From: Minisyncoccota bacterium | Lineage (GTDB): Bacteria > Patescibacteriota > Microgenomatia > UBA1400 > PJMF01 | Length of the DNA stretch: 24,812 bases | Direction: 5' to 3' | Assembly: GCA_043827245.1 (NCBI GenBank) | Contig: JBDRPH010000080.1 | Coordinates: forward strand, 1-24,812 | Part shown: piece after piece, positions 1 through 9,973 of the stretch | How positions within the stretch are numbered: position 1 is the stretch's first letter | How the letters are laid out: every line of letters begins with the position of its first letter | The notes under the pieces: model-generated | Told to the model about the DNA's origin: nothing | The model's database searches: none | What the model saw: the letters and a program-made list of their open reading frames with translations, nothing else | Program-made: the position numbers and the translations under genes

Positions 1-2
1 TG

Positions 3-1190
3 GAAACAGTCAAGACACTCAAAGGTGCTGAGCCCAATATCCAGACACTTTATTTGCTCTCTAGTGCCTTGGTGGAAAATAAGCTCAAAGATGGTTTGAA
101 AGGCACACTTCCCATTCAACAGTTGGCTGATGATAGTGAAGAATCAGAAATGCCTTCCTATATCAAACAAGTAGCGGAAGCAGGAGCAAAGACTTTATCA
201 GTTGCAGATTATAAAATTCCAGTGTTTACTATAGGTGTTGGTAAAAATACCACTTCAGCGGCAAATGTAGTCGCTGTGAAAGAAGCTATGCCCGACAAAA
301 CCCCAGCAGTGACAGACTTGCCCACTCCAAGTACGGTGGGTGAAGATAAAACTAAACCAGAACTAGAGTTTGCCGATGAGGCTAAATCAACCGACTCTGC
401 TGACGATCAGCCGGAAGCTAAAGAAACTCCGAGTGAAGATGCCAAATCAGAAGAATCGACCGAACCAGAAGTGTCTGAGCCAGAGCTAGTCAAACCTGAA
501 GATGTGGACTTGAGTCAATTTTCCAGCAAGGAAGAGCCAGAAGAAGAAGAAAAACCAGAAGCAAAAGAAGAACCAAAGTCTAAAAAAGAGGAACCAGAAG
601 AAAAAGCCTTGGATAAGGCAACTCCTCCGGTTACCAAAGAAGAGCCGACCAAAACAGTTTCTCCAGCTCCCAAAACAGTTTCTCCAGCTCCCAAAGCGGT
701 GATTAAGAATGATCGAGGAACTCATAGCATGATGAAAATGATTTTTATTGGTTTAGCTAGTTTCTTTGTGACAGTAGGCATTGGTTTGGGTATTGGTTTG
801 GGACTGCTAACCTTTACTCAGTCTGACGAAACCACTGAGCCAACTTCAACGGCAGAGGTTATCCCCTCTCCAGAACCAACTCCTACCCCCACTCCCACTC
901 CGGAAATTAATCGCGCCGATTATAAAGTTAAAGTAGTGAATGCTACTACCAAAGCTGGTTATGCTAGTGAAATCGCTGACTTACTAGAAACAGCTGGTTT
1001 TGAATCAGTGGCGGCCGGCAATGCACTGGGAGATTATGAACCAGGAAACTATGTTTTGTTGGCTGAAGAAGACCAGGCCTTGACTGATTTATTGAGTAAA
1101 GACACTGAATTAGAGTTAGTTTATGCGCCAGATAAAGAAGTCGAAGATGCGGCTGAGGCGTATACGATAATAATAGTTTTGGCAGAATAA
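3..1190 (+). CDS. Single-pass membrane protein: long acidic low-complexity N-terminal region, TM helix, PT-rich linker, C-terminal LytR_C-like domain (5'-truncated by window edge)
   Basis: The frame is open from position 3 (ETVKTLKGAEPNIQTLYLLSS...), so the TTG at 54 is probably not the true start. TM segment MIFIGLASFFVTVGIGLGIGLGLLTF, linker EPTPTPTPTP, then KVKVVNATTKAGYASEIADLLETAGF...AGNA, matching the LytR_C pattern V-x-N-(G/A)-T-x3-G-x-A. Confidence 0.7.
   Translation, partial: ETVKTLKGAEPNIQTLYLLSSALVENKLKDGLKGTLPIQQLADDSEESEMPSYIKQVAEAGAKTLSVADYKIPVFTIGVGKNTTSAANVVAVKEAMPDKTPAVTDLPTPSTVGEDKTKPELEFADEAKSTDSADDQPEAKETPSEDAKSEESTEPEVSEPELVKPEDVDLSQFSSKEEPEEEEKPEAKEEPKSKKEEPEEKALDKATPPVTKEEPTKTVSPAPKTVSPAPKAVIKNDRGTHSMMKMIFIGLASFFVTVGIGLGIGLGLLTFTQSDETTEPTSTAEVIPSPEPTPTPTPTPEINRADYKVKVVNATTKAGYASEIADLLETAGFESVAAGNALGDYEPGNYVLLAEEDQALTDLLSKDTELELVYAPDKEVEDAAEAYTIIIVLAE
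649..695 (+). repeat. Exact 21-bp tandem repeat, about 2.2 copies (ccaaaacagtttctccagctc), encoding KTVSPAP twice
   Basis: Read directly: 649-669 equals 670-690, followed by ccaaa. Confidence 0.95.
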
Positions 1191-1204
1191 CTCGAAAATA
1201 TCCC

Positions 1205-1232
1205 TTGCGCTGAGAAGAGTGCGCGGTATAAT
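1205..1232 (+). promoter_or_regulatory. Putative sigma70 promoter of the atp operon
   Basis: TTGCGC (1205-1210), 16-bp spacer, TATAAT (1227-1232), about 100 nt upstream of the atpB ATG. Confidence 0.65.
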
Positions 1233-1251
1233 CGGGGCTATTCTTTTGTTA

Positions 1252-1286
1252 TTTGTTTATAAAAATATCGATTTTTGTTTATAAAC
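1252..1286. repeat. 12-bp direct repeat tttgtttataaa x2 with a 22-bp period in the atp leader; possible operator
   Basis: Copies at 1252-1263 and 1274-1285. The second overlaps the perfect palindrome gtttataaac (1277-1286). AT-rich context lowers significance. Confidence 0.45.
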
Positions 1287-1334
1287 GTATCAATTAGTGA
1301 CAGTTAATTAATAATAAATAGAATAGAGAGACAA

Positions 1335-2258
1335 ATGGCTACGGAATTACACATTTCCATTTCCGCAGAACGCGTATTCTCTTTTGGACCCCTAAATATC
1401 TCCAACTCCATGCTGACTAGTTTAATTGTTAGTGGTTTGTTGATTTTATTTTTTGTGGCAGTCAATCGCTCTTTAGATCCCAAAGCCAAAAAACCCAAGG
1501 CTTTGCAAAACTTGGCAGAATTCATGGTTGAAGGTTTTTTTGGACTGGTTCAAGGAGTAACGGGTGACGAACAAAAGACCCGTTTTTTCCTGCCTTATTT
1601 TATGAGTTTTTTTCTTTTCATTATGTTGAACAACTGGTTTGGTTTGTTGCCGGGAGTCGGTACGATTGGTTTTACGCAGTCAGAAACGGGAACTGAGCAC
1701 GCAGTTTTACTAGATAAAGAGATTTCTGCTCCCATTAGCTCTGTTCAAGCGTCTCAGCCAGTTGAAGAAGAATTAGTGGTTGAACATGGTATTTTAAACG
1801 AGAGTGAAGTGGAGTTGGAGGACGCTGAATCAATGTCAGCGGAACATGGAAAAGAAGGAGTGTTCGTCCCCTATTTTCGAGCTGGTACAGCTGACCTTAA
1901 CACCACAATTGCTCTTTCGCTGACCACGATGGCCATCATTCAATTTGCTGGAGTTAAGTATCTGGGCCTTGCTTATTTTAAGAAATTCTTTGATCTCAGA
2001 AGTCCAATTTTGTTTGTAGTTTCTATTTTAGAGTCAATTTCTGAGGTGGCTAAGATTATCTCATTTTCATTCCGGTTGTTTGGTAATATCTTTGCTGGTG
2101 AAGTGTTATTAGTAGTGATTGGTTCTTTAGTGCCCATCATTGCTCCGTTGCCATTTTATGGTTTAGAAATTTTTGTTGGTTTCATTCAAGCTTTTGTATT
2201 TGCATTGTTGTCGTTAGTATTTTTCAACATTGCTGTTGCTGGTCATGACGAGCATTAA
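1335..2258 (+). CDS. atpB: F1Fo ATP synthase subunit a
   Basis: NNWFGLLPGVG, TADLNTT, essential Arg in SFRLFGNIFAGE, FVGFIQAFVFALLS. First gene of the atp cluster. Confidence 0.97.
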   Translation: MATELHISISAERVFSFGPLNISNSMLTSLIVSGLLILFFVAVNRSLDPKAKKPKALQNLAEFMVEGFFGLVQGVTGDEQKTRFFLPYFMSFFLFIMLNNWFGLLPGVGTIGFTQSETGTEHAVLLDKEISAPISSVQASQPVEEELVVEHGILNESEVELEDAESMSAEHGKEGVFVPYFRAGTADLNTTIALSLTTMAIIQFAGVKYLGLAYFKKFFDLRSPILFVVSILESISEVAKIISFSFRLFGNIFAGEVLLVVIGSLVPIIAPLPFYGLEIFVGFIQAFVFALLSLVFFNIAVAGHDEH

Positions 2259-2522
<264 letters not shown>

Positions 2523-2525
2523 ATA

Positions 2526-2533
2526 TAAGGAGG
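2526..2533 (+). promoter_or_regulatory. Shine-Dalgarno site of atpF
   Basis: TAAGGAGG 4 nt upstream of ATG 2538. Confidence 0.7.
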
Positions 2534-2537
2534 CCCC

Positions 2538-3023
2538 ATGGATATTCAGTTACCACAAATTATTTTTCAAGCTTTGAATTTTTCAATAGTGCTGGGAGCC
2601 TTGATCTATTTATTGTACAAACCAGTGCAGAAAATTTTAGACGAACGAGCTCAAAAAGTAGCCGATAGCCAGAAAGAAGTTGGTCGCATTGAAGAAGAAG
2701 GCGAGAAAATCGAAGCACTAAAAGCCAAAACCAAACGTGAGGCGGAGAAACAAGCTACTGAAATTTTGGAAAATGCCAAAAAAACCGCTACCAAAAGAGA
2801 GCAGGAATTGATTGACCAGGCAAAACTTAATTTGCAAGGTAATCTCAAAGCCGCTGAAGCTCGTTGGCAAGAAGAGAAAAAGCAGTTAGTTGCCGGCTCC
2901 AAAGCGCAAATGGTAGATGCCGTCATGCAAGTGAGCGGCATGGTGTTGGGCAAGAAGCTTAATAAGAAAACTGATAAAAAGATGATTGAGGACGGACTGA
3001 AAGAAGTCTTAGCCAATCTTTAA
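2538..3023 (+). CDS. atpF: F1Fo ATP synthase subunit b
   Basis: N-terminal TM helix (QALNFSIVLGALIYLLYKPVQKILDER) followed by a long charged coiled coil; position between atpE and atpH. Confidence 0.93.
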   Translation: MDIQLPQIIFQALNFSIVLGALIYLLYKPVQKILDERAQKVADSQKEVGRIEEEGEKIEALKAKTKREAEKQATEILENAKKTATKREQELIDQAKLNLQGNLKAAEARWQEEKKQLVAGSKAQMVDAVMQVSGMVLGKKLNKKTDKKMIEDGLKEVLANL

Positions 3024-3041
3024 AAAAAGGCGAAATAAATT

Positions 3042-3266
3042 ATGTTAAAGGTTACGATCACTACCGCTACTGCTATCAGTGAAAAAGAGCTGAGTGCTTT
3101 CAAAAAAGCTTTGACCAAAAAATATAATCAGCCAGTTGAGTTAGTGCTCAAGACTAACCCCCAAGTGATTGGTGGAGTGAAGGTAATGGTTGGTTCTGAG
3201 GTAGTCGATTTGACGATGGCCAATCAACTAGAGCAATTAAAAAAACAATTACTGAAACAACTCTAA
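3042..3266 (+). CDS. atpH: Short (74 aa) ATP synthase delta subunit, C-terminal domain only
   Basis: [10 protein letters not shown]...[28 protein letters not shown] matches the delta/OSCP C-terminal motif; located between atpF and atpA. Confidence 0.85.
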   Translation: MLKVTITTATAISEKELSAFKKALTKKYNQPVELVLKTNPQVIGGVKVMVGSEVVDLTMANQLEQLKKQLLKQL

Positions 3267-3276
3267 TCAAACTCAT

Positions 3277-4836
3277 ATGCCAACCAAAAAAACTCCTACC
3301 ATCAAAAAAGCCAAAGTCCCTCAGCAAGTATTTGATTTATCAGCCCTTTTAGATCAGGTGGAGTTGGTAACTACTTCAGAATCAATCGGTGAGGTGATCG
3401 CTTATGCAGATGGAGTGGTGCGAGCATCTGGTTTGGATGATGTTCAAGCGGGTGAGATTGTGGAAATTAGTGGCAAAAAATTTGGTTTAGCGCTGAACCT
3501 GGAAGAAAACTCAGTAGGTATTGTGGTGATGGGTGATCCGATGGACATTAAAGTAGGTGATCTAGTGACTAGAACTGGCAGAATTTTATCAGTCGGAGTT
3601 TCTGATTCGATTGTGGGTAGGGTGATTAACAGCTTGGGCCAAACTCAAGATGGTAAGGGTTCTCTCCCAATTACAAAATATATGCCTTTGGAAAAAATTG
3701 CTCCGGGAGTGATGGCCAGACAATCAGTTTCCGTGCCCCTGCAAACTGGCATTAAGGCGATTGACGCCATGATTCCAGTTGGCCGTGGTCAACGTGAGTT
3801 GATTATTGGAGATCGTTCTACTGGTAAAACAGCCATTGGTTTGGGGGCGATCATCAATCAGCACGATCAAGATGTAGTTTGTGTTTATGTAGCCATTGGT
3901 CAAAAAAGAGCAGCAGTTGCTCAAACCATGAAGATTTTTGAAGATCATGGTGCCTTGGATTACACGATTGTTGTTTCTGCTAGTGCTTCTGATAGTGCAG
4001 CTGAGCAATTTTTGGCTCCTTATACTGGTTTGGCTGTGGCTGAATATTTTCTAGAGCAAGGCAAAGACGTTTTGATTATTTATGATGATCTTTCCAAACA
4101 TGCTCAAGCTTATCGAGAAATTTCTTTATTACTACGTCGTCCCAGTGGTCGTGAAGCTTATCCAGGAGATGTTTTTTACTTGCACTCTCGCCTATTAGAG
4201 CGAGCCTGTCGCCTGAATAAAGAGCATGGTGGTGGTTCTATCACCGCTTTGCCAGTTATTGAGACTCAAGCCAATGATGTATCTGCTTATATTCCTACCA
4301 ACGTTATTTCTATTACCGACGGTCAGATTTATTTAGAAGCCGATTTATTCAATGCTGGTATGAAACCAGCCATCAATGTTGGTTTGTCTGTATCACGGGT
4401 GGGTAGTGCCGCTCAAGTTAAGGCCATCAAACAAGTCGCTGGTACCATGAAACTAGATCTAGCCCAATTTAGAGAACTGCAAGCTTTTGCTCAATTCAGT
4501 TCTGATTTGGATGACCGCACCAAAAAAACATTGGATCGAGGCGCCAGGGTAAATGGAGTTTTGAGACAAGGTTGGGACGATCCATTGAGTATGGCAGAGC
4601 AAGTAGCAGTGATTTTTTCCGCAGTTAAAGGTTTATTAGATAAGGTGCGTGAAGATGTGGTCCAAAAGTGGGAAGCAATGTATGTAGATTACCTACACGC
4701 TTCTCATCAAGATTTATTAGACAAGATCACCGCTGAACAAAAACTTGATGATAATTTGAACAATAAACTTCAGGAGGTAATAGAAACTTTTAATAGTTTA
4801 CATCCAGAATTAATGATTGAAGAAGAAACTAAATAA
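3277..4836 (+). CDS. atpA: F1 ATP synthase alpha subunit
   Basis: Walker [50 protein letters not shown]. Confidence 0.98.
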   Translation: MPTKKTPTIKKAKVPQQVFDLSALLDQVELVTTSESIGEVIAYADGVVRASGLDDVQAGEIVEISGKKFGLALNLEENSVGIVVMGDPMDIKVGDLVTRTGRILSVGVSDSIVGRVINSLGQTQDGKGSLPITKYMPLEKIAPGVMARQSVSVPLQTGIKAIDAMIPVGRGQRELIIGDRSTGKTAIGLGAIINQHDQDVVCVYVAIGQKRAAVAQTMKIFEDHGALDYTIVVSASASDSAAEQFLAPYTGLAVAEYFLEQGKDVLIIYDDLSKHAQAYREISLLLRRPSGREAYPGDVFYLHSRLLERACRLNKEHGGGSITALPVIETQANDVSAYIPTNVISITDGQIYLEADLFNAGMKPAINVGLSVSRVGSAAQVKAIKQVAGTMKLDLAQFRELQAFAQFSSDLDDRTKKTLDRGARVNGVLRQGWDDPLSMAEQVAVIFSAVKGLLDKVREDVVQKWEAMYVDYLHASHQDLLDKITAEQKLDDNLNNKLQEVIETFNSLHPELMIEEETK

Positions 4837-4847
4837 TTTTTGAGATT

Positions 4848-5726
4848 ATGTCCAACGAACAGCAAGTCAAACGTCGCATTAACACTGCCCAAAACATTGC
4901 TCAAATTACCAAGGCAATGGAGATGGTGGCCGCTAGTAAAATGAAGAAGGCCCAAGACCAAGCTCTTTCTGCTCGTGATTATTCTCAGGTACTAAATGAT
5001 TCTATTGAGACTATTTTTCAAACAGCCAAATTAAACCATCCCCTACTTTCCACTCATGAAGCTGGTTTGTCTATCATGTTAGTGATTAGCACGGACAAGG
5101 GTCTATGCGGTGCGCTAAACACCAACTTGGCTAGAGAATTAATGACTTGGAAGAAGGAAAATCCAGAGGGTGAAGTGATCTGTGTGGGTAAAAAAGCGAT
5201 CCTGATCACTCGCAAGTTAGGATTAACCGTTCATGCTCAATTTACCGACTTGTCAGATTACGTTCATTTTCAAGATGTAATTCCAGTCATTGAATTAGTG
5301 ATGAATGGCTTTTTGGAACAGAAATTTTCTTCGGTAGAAGTTCTTTATACCGATTTTATCAATACTCTTTCTCAAAAACCGAAGATGGAAACAATTTTAC
5401 CCATTTCTGCTGGCTTCAGAATGGAATTGGAAACGAAAGAAGAAAAGAAAGCTGAAGTTATTCCAGTCAAAGAATATTTATTTGAACCTAGCCCACAAGA
5501 AATTTTGAACCAATTATTGCCATTTTTTTTGGAAAACATGCTGTTTCATATTTTCTTGGAAGCCAAGGCCAGTGAGCATAGTGCCAGAATGGTAGCCATG
5601 AAGAATGCTAGTGAAAACGCCAAAGAACTCATGGACGAATTAAGATTAATTTATAACAAAACTCGCCAGCAAAATGTGACTAGCGAATTATTAGATATTA
5701 TCTCTGCTACGATGACACTCAATTAA
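4848..5726 (+). CDS. atpG: F1 ATP synthase gamma subunit
   Basis: QITKAMEMVAASK, TDKGLCGALN, SEHSARMVAMKNASENA, YNKTRQQNVTSELLDII. Confidence 0.98.
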   Translation: MSNEQQVKRRINTAQNIAQITKAMEMVAASKMKKAQDQALSARDYSQVLNDSIETIFQTAKLNHPLLSTHEAGLSIMLVISTDKGLCGALNTNLARELMTWKKENPEGEVICVGKKAILITRKLGLTVHAQFTDLSDYVHFQDVIPVIELVMNGFLEQKFSSVEVLYTDFINTLSQKPKMETILPISAGFRMELETKEEKKAEVIPVKEYLFEPSPQEILNQLLPFFLENMLFHIFLEAKASEHSARMVAMKNASENAKELMDELRLIYNKTRQQNVTSELLDIISATMTLN

Positions 5727-5735
5727 TTAAATTAA

Positions 5736-7205
<1,470 letters not shown>

Positions 7206-7207
7206 AC

Positions 7208-7627
7208 ATGAAAACCTTTCCGCTTCATATTGTTTCTCAAGAAAGAGAGCTAGTTTCGGTAGAAGTTGATTCTGTAACGATTCCTACTTCTATGGGAGAG
7301 CTGACGATTCTGGCAGAACACATTCCCCTCTTTGCCAAAGTAGAAACAGGTGAGCTAATTTATCGACAAGGATCGACAGAAATTTCTGTGGTAGTTTCAA
7401 ATGGATTTATGAATGTTGCTCCTGGTGGCGAGTTAAAAGTAATGGTCGATAGCGGGGTACTAGACAGAAACATTAGTTTGGAAAAAGCTCAAGCAGCCGT
7501 TAGAGCGGCTCAAGAAACTATGGAGAAAACTCAGGACCAAAGAGAACTGATGATGGCTGAGGCCTCTCTTCGTCAAGCAATGATGGAAATTAAGGTAGCT
7601 CAAAAAACCAAAAAAGTTAATATCTAA
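7208..7627 (+). CDS. atpC: F1 ATP synthase epsilon subunit
   Basis: LHIVSQER, VTIPTSMGELTILAEHIPL, VSNGFMNV, C-terminal helical hairpin; last gene of the operon. Confidence 0.95.
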   Translation: MKTFPLHIVSQERELVSVEVDSVTIPTSMGELTILAEHIPLFAKVETGELIYRQGSTEISVVVSNGFMNVAPGGELKVMVDSGVLDRNISLEKAQAAVRAAQETMEKTQDQRELMMAEASLRQAMMEIKVAQKTKKVNI

Positions 7628-7688
7628 TCCTCGAATAATTTATATTTTAGCTCAAACTTCCCTCAATTATTTTTATTTCAGATTACTC

Positions 7689-7716
7689 TTGCTTCAATAA
7701 AAAAAACCTCTATACT
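7689..7716 (+). promoter_or_regulatory. Putative sigma70 promoter of greA
   Basis: TTGCTT (7689-7694), 16-bp spacer, TATACT (7711-7716), 9 nt before ATG 7726. Confidence 0.6.
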
Positions 7717-7725
7717 AGCGACATT

Positions 7726-8202
7726 ATGGTAATAGATAAAGTTCAACTTACTCAAGACGGCCTAGAAGATCTCAAGGCAGAAGTTCAACAGCTTAAGGAG
7801 GAAAAACTACCGCAAATCATTAATCGAGTATCTTCGGCTCGCGATCAGGGCGATCTTTCGGAAAACGCTGATTATCACAGTGCCAAAGAAGAACAAAGTT
7901 TTGTAGAAACTAGAATTAGTGAGATTGAAGACATTCTAGCCAATTCTATGGTGGTTAAAAAACCAACCAACAACCAGATTCAGGTTGGAATTGGTTCCAG
8001 AACGGAAGTTTATATTAAAGGCAAGGTCAATAAAACTTTTACTTTTGAGATTGTGGGCGAATTTGAAGCTGATCCTGAAGAAGGTAAAATTTCTTCCGCC
8101 TCCCCATTGGGCAAAGCCTTAATTGGCAAGAAAAAGGGGGAAGAAGCAATTGTTGCCACCCCAGCGGGAGAAGTAAGCTACATAATTAAAAGCACCAAGT
8201 AA
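7726..8202 (+). CDS. greA: Transcription elongation factor GreA
   Basis: LTQDGLEDLKAE, ARDQGDLSENADYHSAKEEQ, EADPEEGKISSASPLGKALIG. Confidence 0.97.
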   Translation: MVIDKVQLTQDGLEDLKAEVQQLKEEKLPQIINRVSSARDQGDLSENADYHSAKEEQSFVETRISEIEDILANSMVVKKPTNNQIQVGIGSRTEVYIKGKVNKTFTFEIVGEFEADPEEGKISSASPLGKALIGKKKGEEAIVATPAGEVSYIIKSTK

Positions 8203-8224
8203 AAAACAAAAAAAGCTGCAAATT

Positions 8225-8248
8225 CCCCCGCTTTAGACGGGGGTTTTT
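8225..8248 (+). terminator. Rho-independent terminator after greA
   Basis: Stem cccccg (8225-8230), loop ctttaga, stem cggggg (8238-8243), then TTTTT (8244-8248). Confidence 0.75.
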
Positions 8249-8296
8249 ATGTTTAAAATGCAAAGCATTGTAAGTAGCAGAGCGAATGTATAAATG

Positions 8297-8302
8297 TATA
8301 AT
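8297..8302 (+). promoter_or_regulatory. Putative -10 box of the lysK-HD-serS unit
   Basis: TATAAT 11 nt upstream of ATG 8314, overlapping the tandem aatgtata-aatgtata (8285-8300); no clear -35. Confidence 0.45.
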
Positions 8303-8313
8303 AGGTATATAAA

Positions 8314-9969
8314 ATGACAACAATTCAAGCTAAACACTGGGCAGACAAAATAGTCCAAGGAATCTTTAAATGGCAAGCTAAACAAGCTGGGCCAATCAGT
8401 TTGCATGTCGATGATATGAAAACTCCATCGGGAAGAGTGCATACTGGCTCACTGCGCGGAGCAGTTCTACACGACGTGGTCGCTCAAGTATTGGCGGCCA
8501 ATACGAGTGAAAAAATAATAAATACTTATGTTTTTAATGATATGGATCCAATGGATGGCTTGCCAAGCTATTTAGATGAAAAAGAATATAACAAACACAT
8601 GGGTGAGCCTTTGTATAAAATTCCTGCTCCCCCGCTTGAACAGTCGGGCCTCAATTTAAATTTAATGACTGCTGAAGAAAAAACCCGTTTTCAGAATGCC
8701 AAGACTTTCAGTGACTTTTATGCATCAGATTTTATTGACGCTTTTAGAAAAATTGGTTGTCAGCAAGAAATTGTTTGGAGTCATGAGCTTTATGAGTCAG
8801 GAAAAATGGATGAAATAATTCGTTTGAGTTTAGACGGTGTTGAACAAATTAAGCAAATTTATAAACAGGTAGCAGATTATGATTTGCCGGATAAATGGTT
8901 TCCTTTTCAAGTCATCTGTCCCAAATGTGGCAAAGTTGGTACTACTTTAGTAACGGATTGGGATGGCTCTGAAGTTACTTTTGAATGTCAACCCAATAAA
9001 GTTGAATGGGCACAAGGTTGTGGATATACCGGTAAAATTAGTCCTTTTGGCGGAACTGGAAAACTGTTGTGGAAAGTAGATTGGCCAGCTCATTGGGCAG
9101 TGATGGGAGTGACCGTGGAGGGAGCGGGCAAGGATCACACTTCAGCTGGTGGTTCGCGAGATATGGGTAGAGCGATTGTTGAGAATGTTTTTGGTTGGCG
9201 AAATCCTTTTGATATTCCTTATGAATGGATTTTGGTGCGGGGAGCTAAAATGAGTTCCAGCAAAGGAGTGGGTACATCAGCCAGAGAGTTTGTCAGGCTT
9301 TTCCCGCCAGCCATCGGCCGCTTTTTATTTGTTAACAAACATTACAATCAAGTCATTGATTTTGATCCGCAGGATATGTCGATTCCTGATTTGTTTGATG
9401 AATTCGATCAGTCGGCTAGAATTTTTTGGGGACAAGAAGAGGGAGATCAGCGCTTGGGGAGGGCTTTTCAATTATCGCAAATTGGCGAAGTCCCCCAACC
9501 TCATTTTTTACCTCGTTTCCGCGATCTGGCTGTTTGGATGCAACACCCGGAGCTTGATTTGAAAGAAGAATTTGCCAAAATTAAAGGCTCAGCGTTGAGT
9601 GAATTGGAATTAGCTGTCCTAGAAGATCGCCAGACTTATGCTCGAATTTGGGTCGATCAGTATGCACCAGTAGAATTTCAATTTACTTTCAAACCAGAAA
9701 AAAATCTCACTCTTGAGTTAACTGCAGTAGAACAAGAGTTTTTGCAAGCTGTCGGAAAATTGGTCGAAAGTCAAACTTGGCAACCAGCAGATCTCCAGCA
9801 AGCACTGTTTAATTTGGCCAAGCCAACCATTGGCGCCAAACAAGGCTTCCAAGCTATCTACAAGGCTTTTTTGGGTAAAAAATCTGGTCCACGAGCTGGT
9901 TGGTTTTTATTAAATATTCCAGTAGAGCAACGTCAAGCACACTTAGCTCGATTGGGGGGAGAAAAATAA
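8314..9969 (+). CDS. lysS: Lysyl-tRNA synthetase, class I (LysRS1)
   Basis: TPSGRVHTGSLRG (HIGH-type), Zn knuckle CPKCG...CQ...GCG, WKVDWPAHW, GKDH, KMSSSKG (KMSKS-type). Confidence 0.95.
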   Translation: MTTIQAKHWADKIVQGIFKWQAKQAGPISLHVDDMKTPSGRVHTGSLRGAVLHDVVAQVLAANTSEKIINTYVFNDMDPMDGLPSYLDEKEYNKHMGEPLYKIPAPPLEQSGLNLNLMTAEEKTRFQNAKTFSDFYASDFIDAFRKIGCQQEIVWSHELYESGKMDEIIRLSLDGVEQIKQIYKQVADYDLPDKWFPFQVICPKCGKVGTTLVTDWDGSEVTFECQPNKVEWAQGCGYTGKISPFGGTGKLLWKVDWPAHWAVMGVTVEGAGKDHTSAGGSRDMGRAIVENVFGWRNPFDIPYEWILVRGAKMSSSKGVGTSAREFVRLFPPAIGRFLFVNKHYNQVIDFDPQDMSIPDLFDEFDQSARIFWGQEEGDQRLGRAFQLSQIGEVPQPHFLPRFRDLAVWMQHPELDLKEEFAKIKGSALSELELAVLEDRQTYARIWVDQYAPVEFQFTFKPEKNLTLELTAVEQEFLQAVGKLVESQTWQPADLQQALFNLAKPTIGAKQGFQAIYKAFLGKKSGPRAGWFLLNIPVEQRQAHLARLGGEK

Positions 9970-9973
9970 TCTT

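Noticed and set aside
1191-1334. Possible tRNA, riboswitch or atpI in the largest intergenic region
   Set aside because: No cloverleaf or aptamer-like structure and no plus-strand hydrophobic ORF; the region is explained by a promoter and an AT-rich leader.
8275-8310. aatgtata tandem with a tgtata core resembling the E. coli dif spacer
   Set aside because: The XerD arm (ttatgttaaat) does not match; overlapping -10-like boxes explain it better.
8233-8442. 69-aa minus-strand ORF over the greA-lysS spacer
   Set aside because: It overlaps the lysS start on the opposite strand, runs through the promoter and terminator, and has no recognisable features.
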